Shown here piece by piece: positions 39,837 through 50,471 of a stretch of 64,000 bases of DNA. The DNA lies in assembly GCA_040386275.1 (NCBI GenBank), contig JAZKFU010000008.1:6853-70852 (forward strand), in the 5' to 3' direction. How positions within the stretch are numbered: the first letter of the stretch is position 1; each line of letters opens with the position of its first letter. Source of the stretch: Patescibacteria group bacterium (GTDB lineage: Bacteria > Patescibacteriota > Minisyncoccia > Phycocordibacterales > UBA918). Position numbers and translations under genes: made by a program. Under the pieces are notes generated by a model. That model was given only the letters and a program-made list of their open reading frames with translations. It did no database searches and was not told where the DNA came from.

Positions 39837-42314
39837 ATGGAGCGACAGCCGACTGTAATTCGTCCCAACATTGTGTCTTCTGAGGCTTTTTTGCAGCCTC
39901 CGGTGAATAATGAGCGAATTGAACCCCAAGCAATTGATCCAGCCTACCCACGGTACGAAAAAACTACTACAGAAATACTGCCCACCATCCCAACTAAAAT
40001 TGTTCCCATTATTCCAGAAAATATTGTAGTGATGGATGCGTCATTACAAGCGCTCAAAAAATTTATTGATAATCCGGTTACGGCCGAAGAAATTCCCAAC
40101 AAAGAAGCATTTATGCGGAATGTTTTTCCATGGATTGTTAACGCGCTTTCAAACGCCGAATATGATGCTGCCGGAATTGATGCATTTTTAAAGCAATCAA
40201 TTGATACGATTGATTTTCACGCCCCAACCGAAAAATATTTACATGATATCAACCGAGTGTTACAAAATATCTGGAAGCAGGTAGTGGTAGAAAAAGGAGC
40301 TACACCGCATGAGGTACGACCGGTAGTGCCTGTTAGTGAACCTTTACTGCTTACGAAAAAGGAACAAGTACAAGATATACTTGTTTCAAGTGGCCCAATG
40401 GTAGAAAAGGTTGATGCAAGCAAAGTGTCCAGCGCGACTACAAAAGCGTTTGAGAATACATTAGAATCTTTGGATAGCGAGCCGTTTAATCGAGAAGCGT
40501 ATTTGCAGTTTGTGTATGAAGTACATACGTCACTTCGTGATCGGTATGATGCGGTAACAAAAAGTGCTCAACAAAATCTCAAACGGTATAGCGAATTTTA
40601 CACACCTTCACCAACCGAAAAAGAAGCGTTACAGTTTTTGTCTACCCTTAAATCACAGTATGTACGTTTGCAGTCAAAAAACTCGCTTTTGGGAGTTACG
40701 CGCGCTGAAGTAATGAATAGCTTAAATAAAACTGATGGGTTTACCAAAGAAGACGAGGTGAAAACATTTATCCATGATTACCTCGCGGGGACAGAAAATT
40801 TGTTTACCAGTATTGAACGGCTCGAAGCAATGATTGAGTCGGCTAAAGGAGAAGAAAAGCCAGCCTTGGGCGAGGCGTACCGCACCCAGTTTGAAAGTTT
40901 GCGTGTTGCCGGTGAAAAAATTCTCACCACGTTACCTACCAGTCATCCACTGTATAACGATTTTAAAGTAGTAGTTGAAAAAGGGATAGGGGATTTAATT
41001 ACGGCCGCGGCCGTAGAAAATAACGGAGACAAAGCAGTCCTCGAGCGTTCATCATATTTTATAATTTTGCGTGACCGGGTAAAAGCATCTATCGCGTATA
41101 TTCAAGCGGAGCAAGAATTTGAAAACTTTAAACAACGACAACTTCGGTTAGTGCAAACATTAGAGTCGTCCCTAACGGCTGGCACCGAAATGTTACCGCA
41201 AGAAAAGGTAGTGCTTAAAAAAACAATTCTTGAAAATATTGAAAAGATTAATCATGCGCTTACTAAAGCGGGTGCCTTGCCCGCGGGCGCCAGTTTGTTG
41301 TCATTATCGCAATCAACTCTAGAGAGCGCCACAAAAGACTTTGCGACTGAACGTGAACAAGTGAAGTTGCTGTTGGGTGAAACAAAAGAAATCCTGAAAG
41401 AATTACAAAACGATACATCGTTATTGATGACTACCGAGTCACCAGATACAGAGAAAGTGAGTGAGTCAGTGCCAGAGCCAACTCCAGTAGTAGACGCCAT
41501 ACTAGTGCCGTTACATGAACGTTCGCAAAGGTACGCATCGGAAATTTCTGAATCGGCAGTTAGTCGTGACCGTTTACGTCAAATCCGCTCACTTTTTAAA
41601 CCAGCGCGTATCGGGATGTTGGCTCTTGTAGCCGCTGCGTTTGGTTCAGATCAATATAAACCAACTAACACTAATGGGGGAGCATTATCACTTTCTACGT
41701 TAATGGGTGTATCAACTTCCGCTATCACCCCGGAATTATCGCTTGATAGAATGGCGATTGAAGAATTTTTAAAGCATGCAACGCAATCTAAAGAAGAGGT
41801 ACAAGGAAACGTTGACAGTCTGCCGTTGGTAGAAATTCCTAAGCTGACATCGATACCTGAAGTGACTGAAGAAGTGCCGGGGGTAGTGTTGCCTTCTACG
41901 GTGTATTCTGTGCCTGAAGCAAATATTCCACGGGAATTAAAAATATTTGGTGCAGCTGACACGATACCGTTTGACCCGAAAATGAGTTTTAATTCGCCAA
42001 CCCAATCAGAACAAGGAGCGATGTATACCGAAAAAGACTTTCATACCCTACAGTACGGCGATATATTTTGGGATATTAGTGAAGGCGAGACGCTTGCCGG
42101 GACGTTGCCGGTAATGAAGCAAATCAATCCTTATTTTAAGCAGCATCTGATTGATCGTCTGCGAGATCGAATCAACAAGAGTCCTGAATTACGTAAAAAA
42201 ATTGGTGGCTTTGGCGATACCGCTAATGAATTAGTTACCGGAGCACGTATGAATCTCAAAGTCCTTAATGAAGAGTTTACGATAGAAGCAGTTAACGCGG
42301 GTTATTTACAATAA
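39837..42314 (+). CDS. Large hypothetical protein (coiled coil, possible TM, LysM-like C-terminus)
   Basis: 825-aa ORF; HTLQYGD.FWDI near the C-terminus. Confidence 0.65.
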   Translation: MERQPTVIRPNIVSSEAFLQPPVNNERIEPQAIDPAYPRYEKTTTEILPTIPTKIVPIIPENIVVMDASLQALKKFIDNPVTAEEIPNKEAFMRNVFPWIVNALSNAEYDAAGIDAFLKQSIDTIDFHAPTEKYLHDINRVLQNIWKQVVVEKGATPHEVRPVVPVSEPLLLTKKEQVQDILVSSGPMVEKVDASKVSSATTKAFENTLESLDSEPFNREAYLQFVYEVHTSLRDRYDAVTKSAQQNLKRYSEFYTPSPTEKEALQFLSTLKSQYVRLQSKNSLLGVTRAEVMNSLNKTDGFTKEDEVKTFIHDYLAGTENLFTSIERLEAMIESAKGEEKPALGEAYRTQFESLRVAGEKILTTLPTSHPLYNDFKVVVEKGIGDLITAAAVENNGDKAVLERSSYFIILRDRVKASIAYIQAEQEFENFKQRQLRLVQTLESSLTAGTEMLPQEKVVLKKTILENIEKINHALTKAGALPAGASLLSLSQSTLESATKDFATEREQVKLLLGETKEILKELQNDTSLLMTTESPDTEKVSESVPEPTPVVDAILVPLHERSQRYASEISESAVSRDRLRQIRSLFKPARIGMLALVAAAFGSDQYKPTNTNGGALSLSTLMGVSTSAITPELSLDRMAIEEFLKHATQSKEEVQGNVDSLPLVEIPKLTSIPEVTEEVPGVVLPSTVYSVPEANIPRELKIFGAADTIPFDPKMSFNSPTQSEQGAMYTEKDFHTLQYGDIFWDISEGETLAGTLPVMKQINPYFKQHLIDRLRDRINKSPELRKKIGGFGDTANELVTGARMNLKVLNEEFTIEAVNAGYLQ

Positions 42315-42323
42315 TTATTTGGT

Positions 42324-42614
42324 ATGCACATTACACCCACTATGATGCAAGAGATATCGCAGGTACTGCAAATTGATACGCTATCAGAAGCAGAGCAAAA
42401 TGCTCTTAATGAACGAGTAGGAAATGAAGTGTTGGAAAATACCTTGCTTTTGTATTTGAACGGGTTAAATGAGTGGGAACAATCTTCGTTTCAACAATGG
42501 ATAACTGCTCATGCTGGTGATGCTGATATGATGGCCGATTTATTATTGCTGTATCCTGATTTTGGAAAAATACTCTCCCAACAAATAATATTACTTGCCC
42601 AAAAATCTCAGTAA
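42324..42614 (+). CDS. Small helical hypothetical protein
   Basis: 96-aa ORF tightly packed in the operon. Confidence 0.6.
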   Translation: MHITPTMMQEISQVLQIDTLSEAEQNALNERVGNEVLENTLLLYLNGLNEWEQSSFQQWITAHAGDADMMADLLLLYPDFGKILSQQIILLAQKSQ

Positions 42615-42662
42615 TATATTTTTACGTTTCAGTAATACACAGGTGATGGTGAGTGGTCAGTA

Positions 42663-44441
42663 ATGACTGACAGATATCAATGGTATGATAGGGTATCTAT
42701 GACAGCAGACGTACGTTCTTTGCAGGCGACAGTGCCTGAAACATTTGATTTTGATTCTCAGTCGGGAATACTTTTTATTCTGCGTGCCATTCGTGTTGCT
42801 CCGATTGAACAAGCGGTTAAAAACTCGCTTAAAGACCAAGTTTTTTTGTATAACACCGGTGCCAAAGACCCAACAATTAAACAAAAATTAGAACAAAGTC
42901 TTCATGATGCAGCGGTGACTCCAGAAGTAGTTGCGCATGATATCGCGCGGACGGCTGAAGCTACAAAAGCGACGGTAGAGACCGCACCAGTTTCTGGGTT
43001 TGGGTTGGGTAGATTAGCACCAGTTTTTGCGACCAGTGCCGTTACGAGCGAACCAGTGTCCGCACCTGTGGCAAATGTCACTGACGCCCCAATTAAAAAA
43101 ATTGCACCGAGCATCCCGATGCCTTCTCGACCAGTAGTAGCGGTACCGGTTGCACCAACTATTGTTAAAGTTTCAGTACCAACCGCACCAAGTGCTGATC
43201 AAGCTCTTGTTGATGTGGTGGTTCCCGAAAAAAATCCTGAACCAATTGTACCGGTGGCACCAGTAGTTCCGATTGCAGTGGTGGCTCCAGCTCCCGTTGC
43301 TCCGCCAGTTATAGCTCCAGAACCGGTAGCTCCGCAAGCACCCACTATGTCACATGATGCAGCCTCCCGCATGGAGCGAATTCGGGTAATAAAATCTACC
43401 GTTAATGACCGCATTGGTAATCCCGTTAATTTGGTGGATGTCGACAATGGGTTAGGACGTGAATATATGAGTGCCTTGCTTGAAGCCATGAAGTTACTCA
43501 GCAGTGCTTCTGAAGCCGAATCTATGCAGGCTATGAATCGGTTGGAGTCTGTCTACACGCAAGTGCTCACGTTACTTGATACCTTAGAAGCAAAATCGCA
43601 ACCGGCCCCCGTTGCTGCACCAGCCCCCGCACCAACTCCTGTGATTACGCCAATTACTCCGGTACCTCCTATCAGTGCTCCGGTTGTTCCAGCTCCTATG
43701 GTGGATGCGTCTGCGGTTGAACGAATTGCTCCGGTAGTCCCTCTGGCAGCAGCACCGGTAGCGCAAACCCCGGCACCTGACTTTTTAATGCGCAGTAAAG
43801 TAGTTGATAAGATTGTTCCGGAAGGTCCGGTGAGTGGTTGGAGTCAGAGTGAACAGGTTGAGAGTGTATCACCAGTAGCTTCGATGGAGACACTTGATTC
43901 GGTTGCTAATCGGGTCGCACCTCAAGATGCGGTAGTGGTTAATCGTTTATCAACCCCTCCAGCCGAACCCCTACGACAAATTAAAGCTACTAGTGTGCCG
44001 TCATACCAACCTGAATCGGTACAGTCAGTTACTGATCAAGCGGCGCCATTACGTAATTTAAGCGAACTTAAAACTGCTGATGAAGTGAGTGCTATTGAGG
44101 CGATGCAAAACAATCCTTTGTATACCAAAGATGTAGATGCAGGCCTGGAGCAGTTACTAGGAGAATGGTCAATCTTTAAAAAGAGTGGACTGTTTGGTAC
44201 GGGACCTAAAGGACGGGAACACCCGTTGTACCAAAAAATTTCCACCATGCACCTTCCGCTAATTTTGGCAGGACGATTTGAAGGATCAACCCAAGAAATA
44301 AAGCAAAGTATTACCGACTATATGAACGGTTGGCGCTATGAACAGGGAATTGTCTATGATCAGGGAGAGACACTTGATCAGTATTTGCGCCGTGTCATCC
44401 GCCATATCATTGATTTGCAGAAATCTAAACGTCGTCCATAA
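42663..44441 (+). CDS. Pro/Ala/Val-rich hypothetical protein with globular islands
   Basis: Low-complexity linkers separating N, middle and C-terminal domains. Confidence 0.7.
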   Translation: MTDRYQWYDRVSMTADVRSLQATVPETFDFDSQSGILFILRAIRVAPIEQAVKNSLKDQVFLYNTGAKDPTIKQKLEQSLHDAAVTPEVVAHDIARTAEATKATVETAPVSGFGLGRLAPVFATSAVTSEPVSAPVANVTDAPIKKIAPSIPMPSRPVVAVPVAPTIVKVSVPTAPSADQALVDVVVPEKNPEPIVPVAPVVPIAVVAPAPVAPPVIAPEPVAPQAPTMSHDAASRMERIRVIKSTVNDRIGNPVNLVDVDNGLGREYMSALLEAMKLLSSASEAESMQAMNRLESVYTQVLTLLDTLEAKSQPAPVAAPAPAPTPVITPITPVPPISAPVVPAPMVDASAVERIAPVVPLAAAPVAQTPAPDFLMRSKVVDKIVPEGPVSGWSQSEQVESVSPVASMETLDSVANRVAPQDAVVVNRLSTPPAEPLRQIKATSVPSYQPESVQSVTDQAAPLRNLSELKTADEVSAIEAMQNNPLYTKDVDAGLEQLLGEWSIFKKSGLFGTGPKGREHPLYQKISTMHLPLILAGRFEGSTQEIKQSITDYMNGWRYEQGIVYDQGETLDQYLRRVIRHIIDLQKSKRRP

Positions 44442-44450
44442 TAGAGAGTA

Positions 44451-45077
44451 ATGATTCGTCATCACGCACTGTTACTCCAGGGGAAGTCTTTTACTGACAG
44501 TGAATATTTCACCCGTGATTTTGATTCTACTTCAGAATATGAAGTCTTTCACTTTGAAACCCTCTCAATCGGGGAAGTGCGAAAAATAATTCAAGCTGCC
44601 TACGTAAAGCCATTTCATGGTGAAGTCAAAACCATGGTTTTAGAAGCGCAGTCAATTGCCATTGAAGCCCAGCACGCGCTCTTAAAGGTTCTCGAGGAAC
44701 CACCGCTGACCACCCAGTTTATTTTAGTACTTAATTCAACCGAGGGGTTGTTGCCGACATTACTGTCCCGGGTGATGCAACCGGCGGACACAAGTCGGTT
44801 ACCGAGAACAACCAATTCATTTTTTACCATATTTCAAACCAGTTCGTACGCAGCGCGGCTCGATGTTATTAGTCGAATTACTAAAGACAAAGATGTTAGT
44901 CAAATAGATTTACTCCGCGATGGGATATTGTGGTATTTAGAACAACAACCTCCAACTCCGAGTTCTGCAGTGATGCTCGACTGTGTCACTAAATTAAACC
45001 TCCGTGGGTCATCAAAAAAAATGCTGTTGGAAGAGATAGCGTTGACGTTGCCTATCACTAATCCTGAAACTAAATAA
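44451..45077 (+). CDS. holB: DNA polymerase III delta' subunit-like (short)
   Basis: I.EVR, EAQ.ALLK.LEEPP, LLPT..SR. Confidence 0.8.
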   Translation: MIRHHALLLQGKSFTDSEYFTRDFDSTSEYEVFHFETLSIGEVRKIIQAAYVKPFHGEVKTMVLEAQSIAIEAQHALLKVLEEPPLTTQFILVLNSTEGLLPTLLSRVMQPADTSRLPRTTNSFFTIFQTSSYAARLDVISRITKDKDVSQIDLLRDGILWYLEQQPPTPSSAVMLDCVTKLNLRGSSKKMLLEEIALTLPITNPETK

Positions 45078-45079
45078 TA

Positions 45080-45285
45080 AAGAAGCTATGAAAACGGCAC
45101 ATTGCGTTGTCACTGCTGCGGTACATTTCCTTCCGCCGTGAGAAAGTCTGGGAGACTTTCGCAAGAGGTTGCCAGCTCTTTTGTAAAAGAGCGATAACCT
45201 GAACAGCTTCTGTAAGAAGCAAGAAGTACGTCTACAGAAAATGTCCTTGCGTTCCTAGCACTGCACTCGTTTTCATAGCTTCTTA
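45080..45285 (+). repeat. Family A element carrying a nested family B insert (45138-45218)
   Basis: Perfect terminal IR agaagctatgaaaacg/cgttttcatagcttct; B insert in the central hairpin. Confidence 0.85.
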
Positions 45286-45330
45286 TGATATACTCATAAA
45301 AACAACAATATAAATTAATTTGACCACGGT

Positions 45331-45873
45331 ATGGATTCTGAATACGAAAAAAAATTAAAAGAGGTCATTGAATTTTTACAAAAGGAATTCGTGACAATTC
45401 GAACAGGGCAGGCAACTCCGGCTTTGCTTGATAGTATCAAGGTAGAATCCTACGGTACGTATATGCCAATTGTGCAGGTGGGATCAATTGGGGTAGAAGA
45501 TGCCCGCACGTTGCGTATTTCTACCTGGGACGCGTCTTTGATTCCCGCTATTGAACGGGCGATTCGTGATTCAGATTTAGGGGTATCGGTATCTTCGGAT
45601 TCAGCGGGGTTGCGAGTTATCTTTCCTGATCTCACTGCTGAACGACGTCAACAAATTGTAAAAATTGCAAAAAGTAAATTAGAAGATGCACGCGTAGCGG
45701 TTAGAGCGGTACGGGATGATGCCATGAAGGCTATTGATAGTGCGCTAAAAGCTGGTGACATTAGTGAAGATGATAAACACACGCAACGCGAAAAGGTTCA
45801 AAAAGCGGTAGATGTAACCAATCGCACCCTGGAAGCGGTCTTTGAAAAGAAAGAAGTTGAAATTTCTAAATAA
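45331..45873 (+). CDS. frr: Ribosome recycling factor
   Basis: IRTG.A.P.LLD, P.LT.ERR, R.AVR..R. Confidence 0.96.
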   Translation: MDSEYEKKLKEVIEFLQKEFVTIRTGQATPALLDSIKVESYGTYMPIVQVGSIGVEDARTLRISTWDASLIPAIERAIRDSDLGVSVSSDSAGLRVIFPDLTAERRQQIVKIAKSKLEDARVAVRAVRDDAMKAIDSALKAGDISEDDKHTQREKVQKAVDVTNRTLEAVFEKKEVEISK

Positions 45874-45878
45874 TATCT

Positions 45879-46976
45879 ATGTCAACCATCCTCATTTTTT
45901 TGGCTGTATTGTTCGTACTCATTTTAGTCCATGAATGGGGGCATTTTATTGTTGCCAAGTTAACCAAAATGCGCGTTGACGAATTTGCGATTGGCTTTCC
46001 ACCGCGATTATTCTCGTGGAAACGAGGGGAAACTGAATACAGTTTAAATGCATTGCCATTAGGTGGTTATGTTCGTATTTACGGGGAAGACCCAACAGCT
46101 GTCGCAGGAACTGATCCTGATAGTGCCCGCGCGTTTGGATCACGACCAAAATGGGCTCAGGCATTAGTGTTAATTGCCGGGGTAACCATGAACTGGATTT
46201 TTGCCTGGCTATTGCTCGTAATTATTATGTTGGTCGGTGTGCCTACTCAAATTGAGGAACAAAACGCCACACCACAATCCGTGGTCTATATTGATAGTGT
46301 ATTACCGGGAGCCCCCGCTGATACCGTATTACCGCCTCAATCAAAAATCGTAAGCGTCGTACAAGGTGACAATGAGCTCTCGCCCATACTCCCGTCAACC
46401 TTTAGTGACTTTGTAGCCGAAAATGCGGGTAACGCAATTGATGTGACCTACGAAACCAGTGCCGGTGTAGTAGAAACAGCAACACTTATTCCGCAAACTG
46501 GCGTTATTGAAAGTTCGCCTGATCGAGCGGCGTTGGGAGTTGGATTGACGCTTGTTGATACCGTTAAGAAATCATTTGGCGATGCAATTATTGAAGCGAG
46601 TGTACAAACTTACACTCTGACGAAAGCGATAACCGTAGGGTTATTTAGTTTAATTGGTTCAGTATTTCAAGGAGACGCTGACTTTTCACAAGTGTCGGGA
46701 CCAGTGGGAATTGTAAAGTACGTAGGGGAAGCTGCTTCGGTAGGGCTCACCTCATTGTTATTTTTCACCGCGATAATTTCTATTAACTTAGCGGTAATAA
46801 ACTTATTACCAATCCCTGCGCTTGACGGCGGACGGTTAGTGTTTGTAGCTATAGAAGCTATCACTCGTCGACCAATTCCACCGGTTTGGGCTTCGAGAGT
46901 TAACTTGGTTGGGTTTGCGGCTTTGATGCTGCTGATGCTAGCAGCAACCATCAGCGACATTAACAAGTTGTTTTAA
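45879..46976 (+). CDS. rseP: RIP metalloprotease RseP (M50)
   Basis: HEWGH, PLGGYV, NLLPIPALDGG. Confidence 0.96.
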   Translation: MSTILIFLAVLFVLILVHEWGHFIVAKLTKMRVDEFAIGFPPRLFSWKRGETEYSLNALPLGGYVRIYGEDPTAVAGTDPDSARAFGSRPKWAQALVLIAGVTMNWIFAWLLLVIIMLVGVPTQIEEQNATPQSVVYIDSVLPGAPADTVLPPQSKIVSVVQGDNELSPILPSTFSDFVAENAGNAIDVTYETSAGVVETATLIPQTGVIESSPDRAALGVGLTLVDTVKKSFGDAIIEASVQTYTLTKAITVGLFSLIGSVFQGDADFSQVSGPVGIVKYVGEAASVGLTSLLFFTAIISINLAVINLLPIPALDGGRLVFVAIEAITRRPIPPVWASRVNLVGFAALMLLMLAATISDINKLF

Positions 46977-47098
46977 CGGCTTTCGTAAGCGGCGCACTTC
47001 TGCGTTGAATTTCATAAAATAAACTTCAACGTACAAAAAGTACGCCTCAGCTTATTTTCTTCATTCGCCTTGAATTGCATCCACTTACAAAACCCTCA
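46974..47098 (+). repeat. Family A element
   Basis: ctgcgttg / ttcaacgtac-aaaaa-gtacgcctc / cgccttg. Confidence 0.85.
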
Positions 47099-47144
47099 CA
47101 AGTCTAAACTTGGAGAATTTATTTTTTAATGGTATTTTTAAAAT

Positions 47145-48401
47145 ATGCGACAGACACATTTGTTTACGAAGACTCGGAAGGAGGCACCAGCGGATGAAGT
47201 GGCCAAGAATGCTCAGTTATTGATTCGTGCTGGATACGTTTATAAGAATATGGCGGGAGCGTATACGTTTTTGCCGTTAGGGCTTCGGGTGATTAGTAAA
47301 ATTAACCAGATTATCCGTGAAGAAATGGATGCTATCGGTGGGCAAGAGCTCACTATGCCAGCCCTGCAGGACACTGAATTGTGGGAGAAATCGGGACGCT
47401 GGAGTGATGATGTGGTGGATGTGTGGTTTAAGTCTGAACTTAAAGCCGGTGGCGTGATTGGTTTTGGGTGGACTCACGAAGAAGTGATAACAAACTTAAT
47501 GCGACAGTTTATTTCATCGTATAAAGATTTGCCAAAATTCCCCTACCAAATTCAAAAAAAGTTTCGTAACGAAATGCGCGCTAAGAGTGGCATTATGCGT
47601 ACGCGCGAGTTTGATATGAAAGATCTCTATTCTTTTTGTGCTACGCAAGAACAGCACGATGCGTTTTATGCAGCTTGTGCCGGAGCGTACAAAAAAGTAT
47701 TTATACGCTTAGGAATAGGCGAGCAAACGTTTCAGACGTTTGCCTCGGGCGGAGCGTTTTGTAAGTTTAGTCATGAATTCCAAACAATAGCTGAAGCTGG
47801 CGAAGATATTGTGTATGTAAACGAAGGTAAGGGAATTGCCGTGAATGAAGAAGTGCTTGAAGAAGCAGATTTAAGTGAACTCGGTGTTACGAGAGAAGAG
47901 CTTGTGAAAAAGAGTAGTATTGAAGTCGGTAATATTTTCTCACTCGGAACTAAATTCTCAGAAGCACTCGACCTCACCTTTACCGATGAAAACGGAGAAC
48001 AAAAACCAGTCATTATGGGTAGTTACGGTATTGGACCGGCGCGGTCTATGGGTACTATCGTTGATTTACTCTCAGACGAGAAAGGAATTGTCTGGCCCGA
48101 ATCAGTGGCACCGTTTCTAGTGCACTTGGTAGCACTTAATACTGATGATGCTGAAATTCGAGATTACGCTGAGGGGGTATACGCGTCGTTTAAAGATCGT
48201 GGTGTTGAAGTATTGTTTGATGATCGAGACGCGCGAGCCGGGGAGAAATTTGCCGACAGTGATTTATTAGGGATGCCGTACCGCGTGGTAGTAAGTAAAA
48301 AACTCAAAGAATCAGGACAATTTGAAGTAGTGACGCGTAAAACCGGTGAAGTGCGGTTACTGACAGAGGAGGAATTATTTGCGGATTTAGTGGGTGAATA
48401 G
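47145..48401 (+). CDS. proS: Proline--tRNA ligase (short, no INS domain)
   Basis: LIRAGY, THEE, FRNE.R...G..R.REF.MKD, MGSYGIG. Confidence 0.96.
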   Translation: MRQTHLFTKTRKEAPADEVAKNAQLLIRAGYVYKNMAGAYTFLPLGLRVISKINQIIREEMDAIGGQELTMPALQDTELWEKSGRWSDDVVDVWFKSELKAGGVIGFGWTHEEVITNLMRQFISSYKDLPKFPYQIQKKFRNEMRAKSGIMRTREFDMKDLYSFCATQEQHDAFYAACAGAYKKVFIRLGIGEQTFQTFASGGAFCKFSHEFQTIAEAGEDIVYVNEGKGIAVNEEVLEEADLSELGVTREELVKKSSIEVGNIFSLGTKFSEALDLTFTDENGEQKPVIMGSYGIGPARSMGTIVDLLSDEKGIVWPESVAPFLVHLVALNTDDAEIRDYAEGVYASFKDRGVEVLFDDRDARAGEKFADSDLLGMPYRVVVSKKLKESGQFEVVTRKTGEVRLLTEEELFADLVGE

Positions 48402-48467
48402 GCAACTACACATCAATTAGTGTAATCTTTTGGTAATACTGCCCATTCGTAGTAAGATAAGTCATCT

Positions 48468-49544
48468 ATGAGTTTTATTGGTCGCAGCTTTGGAAAACTA
48501 CTTAATTCGTTGTCGACGGACATTGGAATTGATTTGGGAACAGCCAATACATTAATGTATGTCAAAGGAAAAGGCATCATTTTAAATGAACCAACCATTG
48601 TTGCGATAAATAAAAAAACCGGTCAGTTGGTAGCAGTGGGAAATGAAGCGCGTGCGATGCAGGGTCGTACGCCGACACATATTGAAGTAGTGCGCCCTTT
48701 AGTTGATGGGGTGATTTCTGACTTTGAAGTGACCGAAGAAATGTTAGGGTATTTGATTGCCAAGGTACGGAGTGAAATGCGAACATTAATTGCCCCGCGC
48801 GTACTCGTGGGGGTGCCGTCAGGTATTACCAACGTAGAGATGCGCGCCGCGCGAGATGCCGCTCGTAACGCTGGCGCCCGTGAAGTATTTTTAATTGAAG
48901 AACCGATGGCGGCCGCTATTGGTGCAAAATTACCGGTGGGTAAAGCGGTAGGGAGCATGATTATTGATATTGGTGGCGGGACTACTGACATTGCCGTCAT
49001 TTCACTTAATGGAATAGTGGTTGCAAAAAATCTACGGGTAGCCGGTGATCATTTGAGTACTGCCATTTCCACCTACATTCGTGATCAGTTTAAGGTGTAT
49101 GTTGGAGAAAAAACTGCTGAAGATGTTAAAATTGCGTTAGCGGCCGTTGAACATAAAGATGGTGCCAAAGAACATGTTATTCGCGGTCGCGATGTGATGA
49201 CGGGTCTTCCCCGTGAAGTAGTTATTACCGACAGTGATGTGCGAGATGCAATTGCGCCACAAGTTGATAGTATAGTAGAAGCAGTACGTACGGTACTGGA
49301 GAAAACCCCACCGGAAGTATTAGCTGATATCATGCAACGAGGCATCCATCTTTCAGGCGGTGGAGCCCTAATTCCTGGACTCCAACAACTATTACAAGAA
49401 GTGCTTGAAGTGCCAGTGATTGTAGTGCCTGATCCACTTCGGGCTGTGGTACGCGGGACGGGAATCGTAATCGAGAACTTAGAATTCTATGCAGAAATCC
49501 TCATTGATAAAGAAGGCGAACTCTCGCCGCACCTCACCGACTAG
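48468..49544 (+). CDS. mreB: Rod shape-determining protein MreB
   Basis: IDLGTANT, EEPMAAAIG, DIGGGTT; precedes mreC. Confidence 0.97.
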   Translation: MSFIGRSFGKLLNSLSTDIGIDLGTANTLMYVKGKGIILNEPTIVAINKKTGQLVAVGNEARAMQGRTPTHIEVVRPLVDGVISDFEVTEEMLGYLIAKVRSEMRTLIAPRVLVGVPSGITNVEMRAARDAARNAGAREVFLIEEPMAAAIGAKLPVGKAVGSMIIDIGGGTTDIAVISLNGIVVAKNLRVAGDHLSTAISTYIRDQFKVYVGEKTAEDVKIALAAVEHKDGAKEHVIRGRDVMTGLPREVVITDSDVRDAIAPQVDSIVEAVRTVLEKTPPEVLADIMQRGIHLSGGGALIPGLQQLLQEVLEVPVIVVPDPLRAVVRGTGIVIENLEFYAEILIDKEGELSPHLTD

Positions 49545-50466
49545 AAAAACGTTTCTGGTGGTTTTATTAATGTTAGGTATCGGAGGGGTTTTATTTGTAG
49601 CGCCATTTTTTATACGAACTGCAGTCACCATTGCATGGTATCCATTTGATATGGTGCGCGTGTGGGTAGCCGAATCAGGGAGTTCACTCCCGATGTATAT
49701 CAGAGAGCGAGGTGTACTCGTGCGGGAGTTAGAGGATTTAAAAATTAAAATTGCGACCGAGCAGGGGACTGATAGTACGATTAAAAAATTGCAGATTGAA
49801 AATACTGAGTTACGTAATCTCGCTGGCGCGCTCCCAGAAGCACGAGTGCTCGCGCGCGTGATTGGTCGACCAAACTCATTACCGTACGATATGTTGATGC
49901 TCGATCGGGGCAGTAATCATGGTGTGTTACAACATGCACCAGTGTTTTTAGGGGCTGACCAAGTTATCGGGTTTGTGTCTAAGGTGACCGAAAAAACCTC
50001 GCTCGTCACATTGGTCACGACGGCCGGCTTTACGTCCTCGGCGTACGTAATTGGACCTAACATATATACCTATGCTGAAGGTATGGGTGGTGGGATATTA
50101 CGTGTACGGGTACCACAAGGGATTATGCTTCGAACGGGCGATTTAGTGTTGCTACCGGCAATTGATTCTGGTTTGTATGGCACTATTAGTTACATCGAAA
50201 CATCAGCCACCCAACCTGAACAATATGGCTTTGTGACCACTTCGATTCCAATTCAAAGTCTGTATTACGTATCGGTAGGGAGAGAGGCAGTTGTCCCGCA
50301 TACCTACGAAGAAGCTGAAACGTTAATTGATGAAACGAAAGCCACGTTATTTAAAGTAGAGCTACCCGAAGGTGTGCTTGTCACGCCTGAAACCAGTACG
50401 ACGACAGTTGTGGGAAGTACTACTATTTCTAACACAGCCACTACGGCAGCGACCACCACACCATAA
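49489..50466 (+). CDS. mreC: Rod shape-determining protein MreC
   Basis: TM, coiled coil L..EN.ELR, A.VI.RP, LD.G...G. Confidence 0.88.
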   Translation: MQKSSLIKKANSRRTSPTRKTFLVVLLMLGIGGVLFVAPFFIRTAVTIAWYPFDMVRVWVAESGSSLPMYIRERGVLVRELEDLKIKIATEQGTDSTIKKLQIENTELRNLAGALPEARVLARVIGRPNSLPYDMLMLDRGSNHGVLQHAPVFLGADQVIGFVSKVTEKTSLVTLVTTAGFTSSAYVIGPNIYTYAEGMGGGILRVRVPQGIMLRTGDLVLLPAIDSGLYGTISYIETSATQPEQYGFVTTSIPIQSLYYVSVGREAVVPHTYEEAETLIDETKATLFKVELPEGVLVTPETSTTTVVGSTTISNTATTAATTTP

Positions 50467-50471
50467 TAATT

